From Alphaproteobacteria bacterium (lineage in GTDB: Bacteria > Pseudomonadota > Alphaproteobacteria > JACZXZ01): 64,000 nucleotides of DNA. The translations under genes and the position numbers were made by a program. The DNA lies in the NCBI GenBank assembly GCA_052143835.1, contig JBKQRV010000093.1:3135-67134 (forward strand), written 5' to 3'. The notes beneath the pieces are model-generated. The model did no database searches, was not told the origin of the DNA, and saw only the letters and a program-made list of their open reading frames with translations. This document shows, in pieces, positions 19,537 through 30,015 of this stretch. Position 1 is the first letter of the stretch. Each line of letters starts with the position of its first letter.

Positions 19537-21165
19537 ATGTCGCTGCGCTCTATCCCTTCGGCTGGTCTCCCGTACCGCACGCCGCCGCGCTCTTGGGCGC
19601 AGTGGGGTAGTCTCGCCGCCAAGCTCCCCCTGCTTTACCTCGCCGCGGCGGCGCTTACCGCAATTTACGTCTGTCAGGACGAGCACATCGCCGTGCACCC
19701 GGCATGGTACCTCGAGGATATGCCCGCGCTAACCTATGGCAACGGGAAATTCGGGGCGGAGGAACTCATCAAGCAGTTTCAGAATTTCGGCGGCTGGATC
19801 GAATTTCGTCCACGGTTCTTGGCGTACTTTATTTTGACCCTTGACCAATATCTACGATTCTTCCTCTATCCGTTTTGGCGAATTCCGACGAATTTTTCGA
19901 TAATGTACATACCCGAGTTGATTTCTGTTGTCTTGTTCTACAGAACAGTCTTCAATCTCACCAGTCGGAAAAACTCGGCTCAGGTCGGAACGGCCCTTTA
20001 CGTGACTTCGCTCGGTTTTACGTCGGGCTTGTCCTACATGTTCTTGGCCGGCAAACCGATGACAAACGTCATCTTCATCGTTATTGCCGCCATTGCCTCG
20101 GAAATGTGGAAAAAAGACGAGACCAAGCTCTTCATTGAGCACTCGCCGGGTCATCAGCTGATCATATTGCTGACGATGTTCATCGGCTTCAATTTCGACG
20201 AGGGGGCGTTTTTCGCCCCTCTTATCGCCCCCACCCTGTTTCCCTCGCTCTTTGTACCTCGTGATCCTCGGCGACGCCTGGGCGGGCGCACGGCGCTCAA
20301 TCTGCTTGTCTATTTTCTGCCGGTGTTGTGTTTTCTTTTGTTTGTTTTGGTCATCGTCCCGGTAATCACGCGAGCGACCTACGGCTACGACTTCGATTTC
20401 ATTTCGACGGTTCTGGGAACCCATGACCCGCGGATGCACGAGGCCGACTATGGGCTCGCGGGGCGCTTCACGCCGACGACCCTCTATTTGAACTTCCTCG
20501 CGTTGCTCGAACCCTCCTTCATTCCCTGGCAGCTTCGCCCCTACCTGGGTTGGGGCGGACAAAGCATCGTCGGGTCGCTTTATATCGGCACGGTCGTCAT
20601 CGTTGCGGTGTGGGTTGCGAGGCTGGGCTCGATATTCGACCGTCGCCTCGCGTTTCGCTCCCTCGTCCTGCTCGGGTTGTTCATTCTGTTTTCTGCGCTA
20701 TTGAACGGACGTCACGCCATCATCGTCAACGGCTACTACTATGGTTCGGCAATCGCCGTGTTCGTGAGCCTTTCGCTCGCACTTCTGGTGCGCGCCGCCT
20801 CGGCTCGCGGGATCAGGGCGCAGGGAGTGGCGCTGCTGCTCGTGGCTTGGCCGATCGCGATCCAAATCGATCACTCCGTGTACGCGACCTCGCAGAGCCA
20901 AATCGGATACAACGCGCTTGCCGCAGACGACTACTCCAAAAATTCGCCCCTCGGCTTCGTCAAGCTCGATCGCCAGCGCCCGGTTTCGGGACAGGAGCTG
21001 GATTGGATTTGGCGGATGTGGAAAGCGGGCAAGTTGCTCGAAATTGGTTCGAGGCGCATTTCGCCCGGTTCCCTCTATCTCGTGGCCGAGCTTTACAGGC
21101 TCGACCAATACAAGTACGGCCCGATCCCTTCCGGCTTGATGGGGGCAGAGACAATTCGGCGATGA
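19537..21165 (+). CDS. Family-A polytopic membrane protein (unknown function; candidate periplasmic glycan-assembly enzyme)
   Basis: More than 10 TM segments. Motif FRPRFLAYFILTLDQYLRFFLY..IPTNFSIMYIPELISVVLFYR is shared with five other ORFs in the window. Start taken at MSLRSIP; track start 19414. Confidence 0.55.
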   Translation: MSLRSIPSAGLPYRTPPRSWAQWGSLAAKLPLLYLAAAALTAIYVCQDEHIAVHPAWYLEDMPALTYGNGKFGAEELIKQFQNFGGWIEFRPRFLAYFILTLDQYLRFFLYPFWRIPTNFSIMYIPELISVVLFYRTVFNLTSRKNSAQVGTALYVTSLGFTSGLSYMFLAGKPMTNVIFIVIAAIASEMWKKDETKLFIEHSPGHQLIILLTMFIGFNFDEGAFFAPLIAPTLFPSLFVPRDPRRRLGGRTALNLLVYFLPVLCFLLFVLVIVPVITRATYGYDFDFISTVLGTHDPRMHEADYGLAGRFTPTTLYLNFLALLEPSFIPWQLRPYLGWGGQSIVGSLYIGTVVIVAVWVARLGSIFDRRLAFRSLVLLGLFILFSALLNGRHAIIVNGYYYGSAIAVFVSLSLALLVRAASARGIRAQGVALLLVAWPIAIQIDHSVYATSQSQIGYNALAADDYSKNSPLGFVKLDRQRPVSGQELDWIWRMWKAGKLLEIGSRRISPGSLYLVAELYRLDQYKYGPIPSGLMGAETIRR

Positions 21166-21315
21166 GGCCCCCACGCGCGAGCGTCCGCATGCCAAAGCTC
21201 GAGAGGTCCTGCGGTGATCGCTGAGCGCCTCGCCGAGCGGAGTAAGGGCGTCGGCGGCGGTGCGATATCCCGAGCGCCGCAGCGCAAGTAGGTCGGGGAC
21301 CGAGCGAAGACAGTG

Positions 21316-22938
21316 ATGAACAAAGCGAGATACAGGCAAAATCTTGTTCTTGCGATCGTCGCCCTGGCGGCGGGATTCGCCGCCGCCTGGCCCGCGCTCC
21401 ATCTTGTCCTGGTCGATGCGAATTTGGCATCGGTCTATCACGAGAACATCGGCTATCGCTTCGGCTGGGTATTGCGCTTGGTCGATGGTGCCCCCGGGGA
21501 CTATGTAAATCCGGGCCAGGGCGTCCTACTCTCCTTGGTGCAGGCGATCTACTACCTCGTCGGCAAAGCGCTCCATCTCGATCTCTTCGGGCAGATAGAT
21601 TTATTCGCGTTGCTGACCCTCGGCGTTCCCGCCGCCGGCATGCTCGTGTTGGCGCTGTGCGTTGCTTGGGATCAAAGGCTCCACCCCGGCGTGCGCGCGG
21701 CTCTCGTTGTGACGCCGCTCGTCATGGGCCTCGGCCATACGCATACCTTCGCATACGAGACGTACCCGGACTATCTCGCCTATACCAAGCCGCTTTTTCT
21801 CCTCTTCGGGTGGCGCTGGCTCAAGTACTGCGCGTGGAAGGAGATCGGTTCGCGCTCGATCGCGCTCGAGCTCGGGGTTTTGGCGGGTCTGTTGGGCGCC
21901 CTTAAGGTGGTGTACCTCATTTTCCCCGCAGGCCTGTTATTGGCGACGCTCTGCGCTAGCGCGCGAAGTGCGCCGCGCAGGGCGGCTCGCATGGGCGCAT
22001 ATGTGGGCGCGTCGGCGATTCTAACGATGGGGGGCCTGTTTATCGTTCACTACGGCGGGGACCTGGGCGAGATCGTTCGCTTCTTTCGGGACATGGTCAA
22101 CTTTACAAATCAATTTTCGGCGGCGCCTGCCATTTCCATCAGTCCCTTCGAGAGCTGGTCGACGCACAGCAATTCCGACCTCGCCTGGTTGACCATCGTG
22201 TTAGCCACCGTTCTTCTTTTCGGTTTCGGACGCCGCGGAAAAAACGGGGCGGTCGCTGCAGCAGCAATGGGAATTTTGGCGGCAATTGCCTTGGCTATTG
22301 CCTATTGGCGCGGAGGCGGAAGCAGTTATTTCGATGCTGTGGTGATCATGGCGATTTTGTGCGTTCTCGCGACCGCGACGTTCCGCAATCGGCGCCTGGT
22401 CGGGATCGCGTCTTTGGGACTCACGGGCGTATTCGTTCTCTGGCCGGCGGCCTGGGTCTGCACGCACTGGCAGAATTACGTCACCGAATACGATTTGCTG
22501 CCGAATCTCGTGACCGAGGGAGATTGGCAGCGCGATCTATTCCAGTGGGACGTCGCCCAGGGCCTGCCGGTCTACGTGCTGATGCCCTCAAGCAATTTCA
22601 TGCAAGGGACGATCGAAGACATGCTCATGCGCGGCTTGTCGAACTTCGAGCAGAGCTCGCTCGAGTCGAATAACAATTTGACGCGCGACGCCCTCTTCCC
22701 GCAGTTTCACTTCGGCCTTTGGAACATCGAGCTGCCGCCCCAGCCGCTGGTCCTTCTTTGGGTCACTCGCGACCGGCCCTTTCCTCTGGTCGATCAGGCC
22801 ATGCTCGACCAGGAAACGCAGTTGATCGCGCGCCTGCTCAAGGGACGCAAGCGGGAACGCTGCTACCATGTCACGCAGCCGCTCACGCGGGCCGTTATAT
22901 ATTCCTGCGTGGTGAGCGCACCCGAAAGCGAGCCATAG
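21316..22938 (+). CDS. Family-B polytopic membrane protein with C-terminal soluble domain (unknown function), partner of family A
   Basis: Paralog of 30012..31673 (shared HENIGYRFxWVLR, PGQGVLLSL, YVLMPS..QGTIEDM, CY(H/R)VTQ). Multi-TM N-terminal half. Confidence 0.55.
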   Translation: MNKARYRQNLVLAIVALAAGFAAAWPALHLVLVDANLASVYHENIGYRFGWVLRLVDGAPGDYVNPGQGVLLSLVQAIYYLVGKALHLDLFGQIDLFALLTLGVPAAGMLVLALCVAWDQRLHPGVRAALVVTPLVMGLGHTHTFAYETYPDYLAYTKPLFLLFGWRWLKYCAWKEIGSRSIALELGVLAGLLGALKVVYLIFPAGLLLATLCASARSAPRRAARMGAYVGASAILTMGGLFIVHYGGDLGEIVRFFRDMVNFTNQFSAAPAISISPFESWSTHSNSDLAWLTIVLATVLLFGFGRRGKNGAVAAAAMGILAAIALAIAYWRGGGSSYFDAVVIMAILCVLATATFRNRRLVGIASLGLTGVFVLWPAAWVCTHWQNYVTEYDLLPNLVTEGDWQRDLFQWDVAQGLPVYVLMPSSNFMQGTIEDMLMRGLSNFEQSSLESNNNLTRDALFPQFHFGLWNIELPPQPLVLLWVTRDRPFPLVDQAMLDQETQLIARLLKGRKRERCYHVTQPLTRAVIYSCVVSAPESEP

Positions 22939-23072
22939 TATCCGATTCGACGGATGAGCGGTGACCCATGCGAGGGCCGTCGACGTTGACCTTGCGGCGA
23001 CACCCCTCCGGCCATGGTCAGGGAAGGCACGACTCGCAGACCAGTCAGGCGACGGGCGGCCACGCCAGGCGG

Positions 23073-25571
23073 TCAATAAGGATTTTCGCGCGCTGCCACA
23101 AGCGCCTCGTCGATGAGGGCGGCGTCCTGCTCGAGGCACCGAGCCCGACTTCCGTATCCTCCGGTCCATTCCAGGCTCACGTCCGCCTTGCCCTCGAAGT
23201 AGAGTGCCAGAAGCGCTACGTCGGCGCGCAGTAGCGTCCCCGGCGGCCCGTTCCAGCGCGCCGTCCAGCAATTGGAGAAGCGAAAGGGAAGGACGATCAG
23301 GCTTGCATTACCGGCGGATCGTGCCGAAAGGTGGACGATCTGGCGTCGTGTCGCGATTTCGCTCGTCTCCACCGGCTGAAGCTCGCGGCTGGGCAGGCGC
23401 TCTAGGTCGGAATCCAAAAGCACCGCCTCAGCCTGCGGATCGAACTCCGGCCGCCTCATGCGGAGTAACGCCGCGGAAAGCGTCGCGGCCGCCTCCAGAC
23501 GGGTCACGCCATAGCCTCTGATATTGGCTTTGTAGAGCTCGGCCACCACATAATCCTTCCACTCGAAGGCGATCGGCGTCGACGCCAATGTGCCGCGGTT
23601 TTCCTCCCGCGTCACCACGTATCGCACGCCCGCCAACGCCAGCCGATCGGGTCGAAACTGATAAAGCGCGGTCCAGTTAGGCGAGAAGCGGACATGAGCG
23701 CCCTGCATCAGATATCGCGTCCAAAAAAGAAAGTACAAGTAGTCGTGGCTTTGCTCATAGGTAGACGCGACCGGGATACCGTTGAAAGGCAAGGAGGCAA
23801 GCATCATGCCGTTGCCGCCATCGCGAAAGTTGCGCTCGCGCTCGGCGATCATGTCGGCGCGGTCAGGCCGCTCGGCGTCAAATGGCGAGAGATACTCGGC
23901 CCGCCCGGCAAAAGCCCCGGACGAGCCCAGTCGATTCTTCAGGAAATCGACAATAGGGTTATCGCCCGCATTGACGCCGCGCCCGAAGTCGGTATCCCGG
24001 CAGCCGAGAAGCGTCACGTGGCCGCACCGACTCGGGTAGAGGAAATACGGCTTGGTTGCCCAAATCTGGGTTGTGAGCGCGGCAACGACGGCGATAAAGC
24101 CATAACAGACCGCGTCATTCCCTAGCGTGGCGAGATTTCGCCCCGGGCGGATCGGCTCCGATGACGGATGCCACGATGCGGGCAGGAACCGAGGCGCAAA
24201 CAATCTCAGCAGGTTGTAGACGAATGCCAGGGCTAGAGTCATCAGAACGACGAGAACGACAAGATCGCTCGCCGCCGAGCGCGGCGACTGGCCGCCGCTG
24301 TATTTGGCAAAGGTCGCGAACAGACCGTAGACGTTGAAAAACATATACGCGACGGCATATGACAGAATGACCGCTCCGGCACACCAGAGCACGAAGCGCC
24401 AACCGCCGTTGGCCACGAGTAATTTTGTGCCGGCACACAGTGCCACCGCGGCAGAAAACGCATAGAGTTGCGGGATAAACGTCTCGATGCGGTCGAGCGG
24501 CGGCAACGGTCGCAGGAGGTCACCGAAGATTCCCCAGGACGACAATAGGTAGAGAAGCTGGATACCCCCCACGATTGCAGCCAAGGCCAGGATCATCGAG
24601 CGCGCCATAGGCGGCACGCGGTCGACGACCAGCAGACTGGCAACCGCGCAGGCGGCAGTGAGGCGGCTAGCGATGGGTGGTGCAAACCAGTAGAGGGGCG
24701 GTCCCGACGCGAAGAAGTACGGACGGAGCTCGCGAGCAAACACAACGCGCGAGGAAACCCGCACAACAGCTTGCCACGACGCATAAGCGTCGAGTCCGGG
24801 AAGGAACAGGATCGTGCCGACCGCCGCCACCAGGCCGAAGAGATAGTAGCACGCCCACCGGCGCAGTGCTCTGCCGCCAACGATGGGAATAACGGCAGCG
24901 ATGCCGATCAGCACGCCGACGGCGATAAGGGAGCCGATCGGATAGGTCATTATCAAGAACAGGAGAGACAGGAACAACGCCGCGCTGTTAGGCGAGAAAA
25001 GTCGTTGCCTTAGTCGAATTCCACGCACATAGAAAGCGAGGCAAAGGGGAAGCAGGACGGTTTCGCTGGCATTAAAGGTCCCCGCAGAGTTCTGCGTTCC
25101 CCCGACACTCATCGACAAGCAGAACGACAGGAGTACGCACAAATAGCTCGTCGTGACGGCAAGCGTCCGTGCCCCGGGAAGGACCGCCGTCGCGAACAGG
25201 TAGGTGGCAAGCCAGCACGCCGCCAGGCGAAGCGCCATGGTCAACTGAAACGCGATCAGATAGTTTTGCGCGCTTTCGTGGCCGAACCTTACGAACAGCA
25301 TCGGCCAGGAAAACGGATCGAAGGCAATCGTCCAAAACAGGTTGGGCTGCCCCAAACCGTCGATCAGCTTAAAGCCAAAAAGGAGAGAGAGAGGCCGCTC
25401 CGTATTCAGGCGTTGGAGCAAAGACATGTAATTGAATGCGCCATCCTCGCCGTGCAGCGGGAATGAGAGCAGGTAGACGTAAAACCCGATCGCCAGAACG
25501 CTTATCAGGAGAAAATGCGCCCATAGCGGAAGTGTCGTCCCGTTATCGCGAAGGTGCGAGCTGCCGGGCAT
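23073..25571 (-). CDS. Large (about 830 aa) polytopic membrane protein with C-terminal extracytoplasmic domain, function unknown
   Basis: About 14 hydrophobic segments in the first 480 aa, then a ~350 aa soluble domain. ATG at 25571; the track TTG is at 25592. Confidence 0.5.
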   Translation of the reverse strand: MPGSSHLRDNGTTLPLWAHFLLISVLAIGFYVYLLSFPLHGEDGAFNYMSLLQRLNTERPLSLLFGFKLIDGLGQPNLFWTIAFDPFSWPMLFVRFGHESAQNYLIAFQLTMALRLAACWLATYLFATAVLPGARTLAVTTSYLCVLLSFCLSMSVGGTQNSAGTFNASETVLLPLCLAFYVRGIRLRQRLFSPNSAALFLSLLFLIMTYPIGSLIAVGVLIGIAAVIPIVGGRALRRWACYYLFGLVAAVGTILFLPGLDAYASWQAVVRVSSRVVFARELRPYFFASGPPLYWFAPPIASRLTAACAVASLLVVDRVPPMARSMILALAAIVGGIQLLYLLSSWGIFGDLLRPLPPLDRIETFIPQLYAFSAAVALCAGTKLLVANGGWRFVLWCAGAVILSYAVAYMFFNVYGLFATFAKYSGGQSPRSAASDLVVLVVLMTLALAFVYNLLRLFAPRFLPASWHPSSEPIRPGRNLATLGNDAVCYGFIAVVAALTTQIWATKPYFLYPSRCGHVTLLGCRDTDFGRGVNAGDNPIVDFLKNRLGSSGAFAGRAEYLSPFDAERPDRADMIAERERNFRDGGNGMMLASLPFNGIPVASTYEQSHDYLYFLFWTRYLMQGAHVRFSPNWTALYQFRPDRLALAGVRYVVTREENRGTLASTPIAFEWKDYVVAELYKANIRGYGVTRLEAAATLSAALLRMRRPEFDPQAEAVLLDSDLERLPSRELQPVETSEIATRRQIVHLSARSAGNASLIVLPFRFSNCWTARWNGPPGTLLRADVALLALYFEGKADVSLEWTGGYGSRARCLEQDAALIDEALVAARENPY

Positions 25572-25794
25572 CAACACGGTCCTCTTGGCCAACCGAGGGG
25601 GAAGAAGCTCGATCTTTGCAGGGTTAGCTGCAGGAATTCGCCGAGAAAATAAGATATGTTTTCATCGCGCGCCTTGTCATCATGAATTATACCGTCGGCT
25701 CGAGGCGTTCAGGACAGCGATAGGGCGCGATTGAGGGCTTGCCTTGGCAGCACTCCGAGGGATATCGGCATGATAAGCGGCGAAAATTAGAACG

Positions 25795-28209
25795 ATGCCC
25801 GGCATGACGCCCGAATCGCCGATCGAGCCTCGCCCGTACGGCCCCCGCTGCGGCGATCTCGCACTCATGACCGGGGTTCTTGCCGTGTGGCTCGTCGTGC
25901 ACGCCGCATTCTGGCGTCGTCTGATCCTTCACGATGCCTGGCTATACAATTTCCCTGCACTCTTCGGCGTCAGCAAGGCCATGGCTTGCGCCGGCATGCC
26001 GGATTGGCTGGGGACGGTTGACTCCGGGACCCCCATCAGCATCTATACCTCGGCCTTCACGCTGACCAATCCGCTCCGCCTTGCCTTGCTCTTCCTCATG
26101 AGCTGCCTCAAGCCGGGCGTCGTCGGAGCGGTCTATTTTCACAAGGTCCATATTCTCCTCCTCTATCTTTCGTTCGCGTTCGGGACGTTCGTGATGGGCC
26201 GCGTGCTGTTCCAGCGCGCGCTCTCCGCCATCTATCTTTTCGCGGCCGTCCTGTTCGCCGGCTTGTGCATGGAGACCATGCATTCCGACCAGACCGTCCT
26301 CATTCTCTTCTGGCTGCCCTGGATTGTGATTTGCGTCGCTCGATTCCACTACGAGCCGGCAGGGCCCCGGGCCCATTGGTATCTGAATGCCGCCGTCCTC
26401 TTTGTCGGACTCCAGGCGCTCGATGAGACGCCGCACTTCACGGCCTTCGCCGCCGGGCTGGCGCTGGTGCTCTACGCGGCACTCGAGCCCCAAGCCCTCC
26501 TCGCCGGCGTGCGTCTTCATTGGAAGCGGCTTTGGCCGGCCGTACTGGTTCTGGCACTTACGGCCGCTCACTTGCACTATCTCCTGGGCGAGCTCGGCCA
26601 CTATGCGTCCTCGCTGCGCTATGCCGTGTCCTTCCACGCGGAATTGCGGCTCGATCTGGCCAATCTGAGCGAGACCGGTTTCGCTCAGCCTAGCGCTTTC
26701 CTGGGATCCTTCCTGCCGCTCGCCTTCACGCGGACGTTCGACTCGCTCGCGGACGCCCTTCACGCCTGGTACGCCGGGCATGTGCTCGCGACCTTGTCGC
26801 CCGAGCGCCGCTTCTTCGTTTACCAGCTCGACGCGGTCATGTTCTTCGTCGGCATCATTCCCATGGTGCTGGCGGCGGCGTTTCTGTTGCAACGGGGTGC
26901 GGCTCGGCGCCGCGTGGGCTGGGGGCTTTTTGCGCTTCTGAGCCTTCTGGCGGCATTGCAGCAAAGTCGGCTCTATCTGCTGATCTTCGAGCTGCCGTTC
27001 TTCAATATCTTCCGCTCGTACCTTCTTCTCGCACTCTTCGGCATCTTTGCGGTGCTGGTGATGAGCGGATATGGCATGGATGCACTCCTCACGCTCGAGC
27101 CCGAACCGCGCCGACGCCTGGCCGGGCGGGCGCTCGCCGTCACCGCAGCGCTGGCAGGGGTTGCCGCCCTCCTGTTCCTTTGGCTCTTCACCTTGCCCGT
27201 GCCCACGACGGCCCTTCCTGCGGCTCGCTTCACGTTGCCGGAGCCGAACGTCCGGTTGCGTTACGCGGTACTCGTCGATGTCGGCATGTTGGCCTCCGGC
27301 CTCGGGGTCCTTGCCTGGGCGGCCTATGGCGCTGCCGACGTGCGCCAGGCGATGTCCGTCGCCATCCTCGTGCTGGCGCTTTCCCAGGCGGCCTACCAGG
27401 GCTATGTCTACCGCATTCTTGCCGTCCCGGTCGGCGAGGCCGTGGCGCGCTTCGGACTCGACGAGATCGACCGTAGGCCGATCCCGCAGGCCGCGGCCGA
27501 CGATCCTCGCGCGCTCACCCGCAAGCTCTGCACGACGTTCGCGCAATGCTATCTCTCGACGCGCGACACGGCGTCGCTTCGCCTCGATCACGAGGGGACG
27601 TTCTTCCGCAGCCTGGGGGAGGCCCTGTTCCAGCCCGGCCTCGAACGCCCCGTGGTCGAGGCGCTCACCGCGATCGGCCGTCCCATTTTCTGGAGCAGCC
27701 GACGCGCGGCACCCTATGCCGATGACGCCGAGCTGACGCGCGAGCTCAACGACCACGCCGCAGATATCAGCGAGAGGCTCGGCGAGCTGGTCTATGTCCG
27801 GCGCAAGGACCTCGATGCGCTCGGGCGGCCGCCGGACGGGGCGGCGGACCCGGTGCTGACTGACCTCGCCCGCGGCGTGGACTGGACGCATCTTTCCTAT
27901 CGCGCGGAAACGCCGTTCTATCTCAACGCCGCCATCGCCGATTTGCGCCATTGGCGGATCACTTTGGGCGGCAAGTTGGTGAGCGCCGTGCGCGGCAATT
28001 TCGGGGGGCTGGCTGCAGCTGTACCCGCTGGTGCTGGCGTGATCGAGCTCAGCTACGTCAATCGGGCAAGCCAACTCTTCTTCGCGACCCGACTTCTCAT
28101 GGGGCTCTTGGGACTCTTTGCCATGGCTTGGCTTATGCGCACGGGGACCTGCCGCACAAAGGCGGCGGGACCCGACAAAATTTCCGGACCTTCCGCGCGG
28201 CACGGCTGA
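25795..28209 (+). CDS. YfhO-like large membrane protein (putative GT-C-type glycosyltransferase), paralog 1
   Basis: About 800 aa; ~13 TM; ~250 aa soluble domain; a final C-terminal TM (LFFATRLLMGLLGLFAMAWL), the architecture typical of YfhO. Paralog of 58563..60857. Confidence 0.5.
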   Translation: MPGMTPESPIEPRPYGPRCGDLALMTGVLAVWLVVHAAFWRRLILHDAWLYNFPALFGVSKAMACAGMPDWLGTVDSGTPISIYTSAFTLTNPLRLALLFLMSCLKPGVVGAVYFHKVHILLLYLSFAFGTFVMGRVLFQRALSAIYLFAAVLFAGLCMETMHSDQTVLILFWLPWIVICVARFHYEPAGPRAHWYLNAAVLFVGLQALDETPHFTAFAAGLALVLYAALEPQALLAGVRLHWKRLWPAVLVLALTAAHLHYLLGELGHYASSLRYAVSFHAELRLDLANLSETGFAQPSAFLGSFLPLAFTRTFDSLADALHAWYAGHVLATLSPERRFFVYQLDAVMFFVGIIPMVLAAAFLLQRGAARRRVGWGLFALLSLLAALQQSRLYLLIFELPFFNIFRSYLLLALFGIFAVLVMSGYGMDALLTLEPEPRRRLAGRALAVTAALAGVAALLFLWLFTLPVPTTALPAARFTLPEPNVRLRYAVLVDVGMLASGLGVLAWAAYGAADVRQAMSVAILVLALSQAAYQGYVYRILAVPVGEAVARFGLDEIDRRPIPQAAADDPRALTRKLCTTFAQCYLSTRDTASLRLDHEGTFFRSLGEALFQPGLERPVVEALTAIGRPIFWSSRRAAPYADDAELTRELNDHAADISERLGELVYVRRKDLDALGRPPDGAADPVLTDLARGVDWTHLSYRAETPFYLNAAIADLRHWRITLGGKLVSAVRGNFGGLAAAVPAGAGVIELSYVNRASQLFFATRLLMGLLGLFAMAWLMRTGTCRTKAAGPDKISGPSARHG

Positions 28210-28377
28210 GGTGCGGTCGCGGAGCGCTCAATGCGCGGGCGACGTTGTAATCGCCGAAGGCTCACGCGCAAGCCTATATAGGCACGGGCGTCCCTGCTGC
28301 TTCTTGTTCCCCGGCACGCATCCGGCTAGAAGTAGCGACCAACCGCGCTCTTTGGCGCGGACGTCGGAGTGTCTTGG

Positions 28378-30015
28378 ATGACCGCTGGGGATGAACAAGG
28401 GGAAGGGGTAGGGGAAAGACGGCGAACGGGCGTTCGCCGGTGCTGCCGCGCGCTCATCGAGAGGCTGCCCATCCTCTACCTCGCCGCCGCGGCCATCGCC
28501 GTATTCTACTTGTGCGAGGACGAGCACGTGGCGGTGCACATCGGCTGGTACAGGGACAACATGCCGTTCCTGACCTACGGCGACGGAAACTTCGGGAGCG
28601 AGGAGTTCCTCAAGCAATTCCGCAACTTCGGCGGCTGGATCGAGTTTCGCGCGCGCTTTCTCACGTACTTCTTCCTGACGCTCGATCACTACTTGAGGTT
28701 CTTCCTTTACCAATACGTGCGGATTCCAAAAGGTCTCTCGATCCTATACGTGCCGGAGCTCGTCTCGGTCTTTCTGTTCTACAAGCTGATCAGGAACATC
28801 ACGGGCCACAGGATATCGTCGTTGTTGGGGACCGCTTTCTACGTCACCTCGATCGGGTTCACCTCGGGCCTCAGCCTGATGTTCATGCCGGGGAAGCCGA
28901 TGACGAACGTCATCTTCATCATCGTCGCCTATCTCTGCTCGGAAATGTGGAGAAGAGATCGCGACAGGCTGTTCGTCGAGCAGCCTATCGGCTTGCAGAT
29001 CGCCGTGCTGGCGACGATGTTCTTCGGCTTTAATTTCGACGAAGGCGATTTTTTCGCGCCCGTGATCGCGCCGCTGCTCTTCCCCTCGCTTTTCTGGCGG
29101 CGTGGTCGCCTGCCGGGAAACACCGCTCGAAACTGCCGCAACATTCTCGTCTATATTCTGCCGGTGCCGTGCTTCCTGTTCTTCGTGCTGGTCATCGTCC
29201 CGCACATTACGCGGACGTACTACGGCTATGACTTCGACTTCATTTCGACCGTTCTGGGTACGCACGACCCGCGCATGCATGAAGCCGATTATGGGCTCGT
29301 CGGCCGCTTCACCCTCGCGACGCTCTATTCGAATTTCCTGGCGCAGATGGGGACCGTCGTCGTTCCTTGGTGGCTCGACTCCGGCCTGGCCGTCGGAGCA
29401 CGGGGCGTCGTCAAGGAGCTCTCGCTGGCGATGCTTGTCGCGGGCGCTGTCGTGCTACCGGTGCTGACGCGCTATGCCGGAGCAAGGCTCGCCTACCGCT
29501 CGCTGCTGCTGCTCGGGCTGAATATTCTGTTCTCGGCACTTCTCAACGGCCGCCACGGCGTCGTCGTGGACGGGTACTATTACGGCTCGGCCATCGCGGT
29601 GTTCACGAGCCTATCGCTGGCCCTTGCCTGTCATGCGGCGTGTCTTCATCGTCCGACCGTTCGGCGGACCGCGATCGTCCTCGCCGCCTTGCCGATCTTC
29701 GTTCAGATCGGCAATGCCGTGAAATTCGAACGCGACAATCGGAGGCTCTACGCCACGCTTGTGCTCGAGTTTTATACCAAGAGCCCTTCCGACATTCGGC
29801 CGCTCTTCGCCGCACTCGATCCGCACCGCGGCGTCTCGACCGAGGAGCTCGATTGGATCTGGCGCCTTTGGAAGGAAGGAAAATGGGACGAGCTGCGCAC
29901 GGCCACCATCTCGCCGGGCGCCGTCTATCTCGTCGCGGAGCTTCGCCGCATGGACCAGCTTAAGGGGGGCCGTCTTCCCTCCGGGCTCCTCGGAGCCGAA
30001 ACAATCGCACGATGA
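28378..30015 (+). CDS. Family-A polytopic membrane protein, paralog (A')
   Basis: FRARFLTYFFLTLDHYLRFFLY..LSILYVPELVSVFLFYK and a YGYDFDFISTVLGTHDPRMHEADYGL block near-identical to 19537..21165. GGAG lies 9 nt before the ATG at 28378. Confidence 0.55.
   Translation: MTAGDEQGEGVGERRRTGVRRCCRALIERLPILYLAAAAIAVFYLCEDEHVAVHIGWYRDNMPFLTYGDGNFGSEEFLKQFRNFGGWIEFRARFLTYFFLTLDHYLRFFLYQYVRIPKGLSILYVPELVSVFLFYKLIRNITGHRISSLLGTAFYVTSIGFTSGLSLMFMPGKPMTNVIFIIVAYLCSEMWRRDRDRLFVEQPIGLQIAVLATMFFGFNFDEGDFFAPVIAPLLFPSLFWRRGRLPGNTARNCRNILVYILPVPCFLFFVLVIVPHITRTYYGYDFDFISTVLGTHDPRMHEADYGLVGRFTLATLYSNFLAQMGTVVVPWWLDSGLAVGARGVVKELSLAMLVAGAVVLPVLTRYAGARLAYRSLLLLGLNILFSALLNGRHGVVVDGYYYGSAIAVFTSLSLALACHAACLHRPTVRRTAIVLAALPIFVQIGNAVKFERDNRRLYATLVLEFYTKSPSDIRPLFAALDPHRGVSTEELDWIWRLWKEGKWDELRTATISPGAVYLVAELRRMDQLKGGRLPSGLLGAETIAR

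Noticed and set aside
25942-28203. 753 aa minus-strand ORF antisense to the YfhO-like gene
   Set aside because: No hydrophobic or motif structure; compositionally biased (R/E/G/H). The sense strand encodes a coherent 13-TM protein with a paralog elsewhere.
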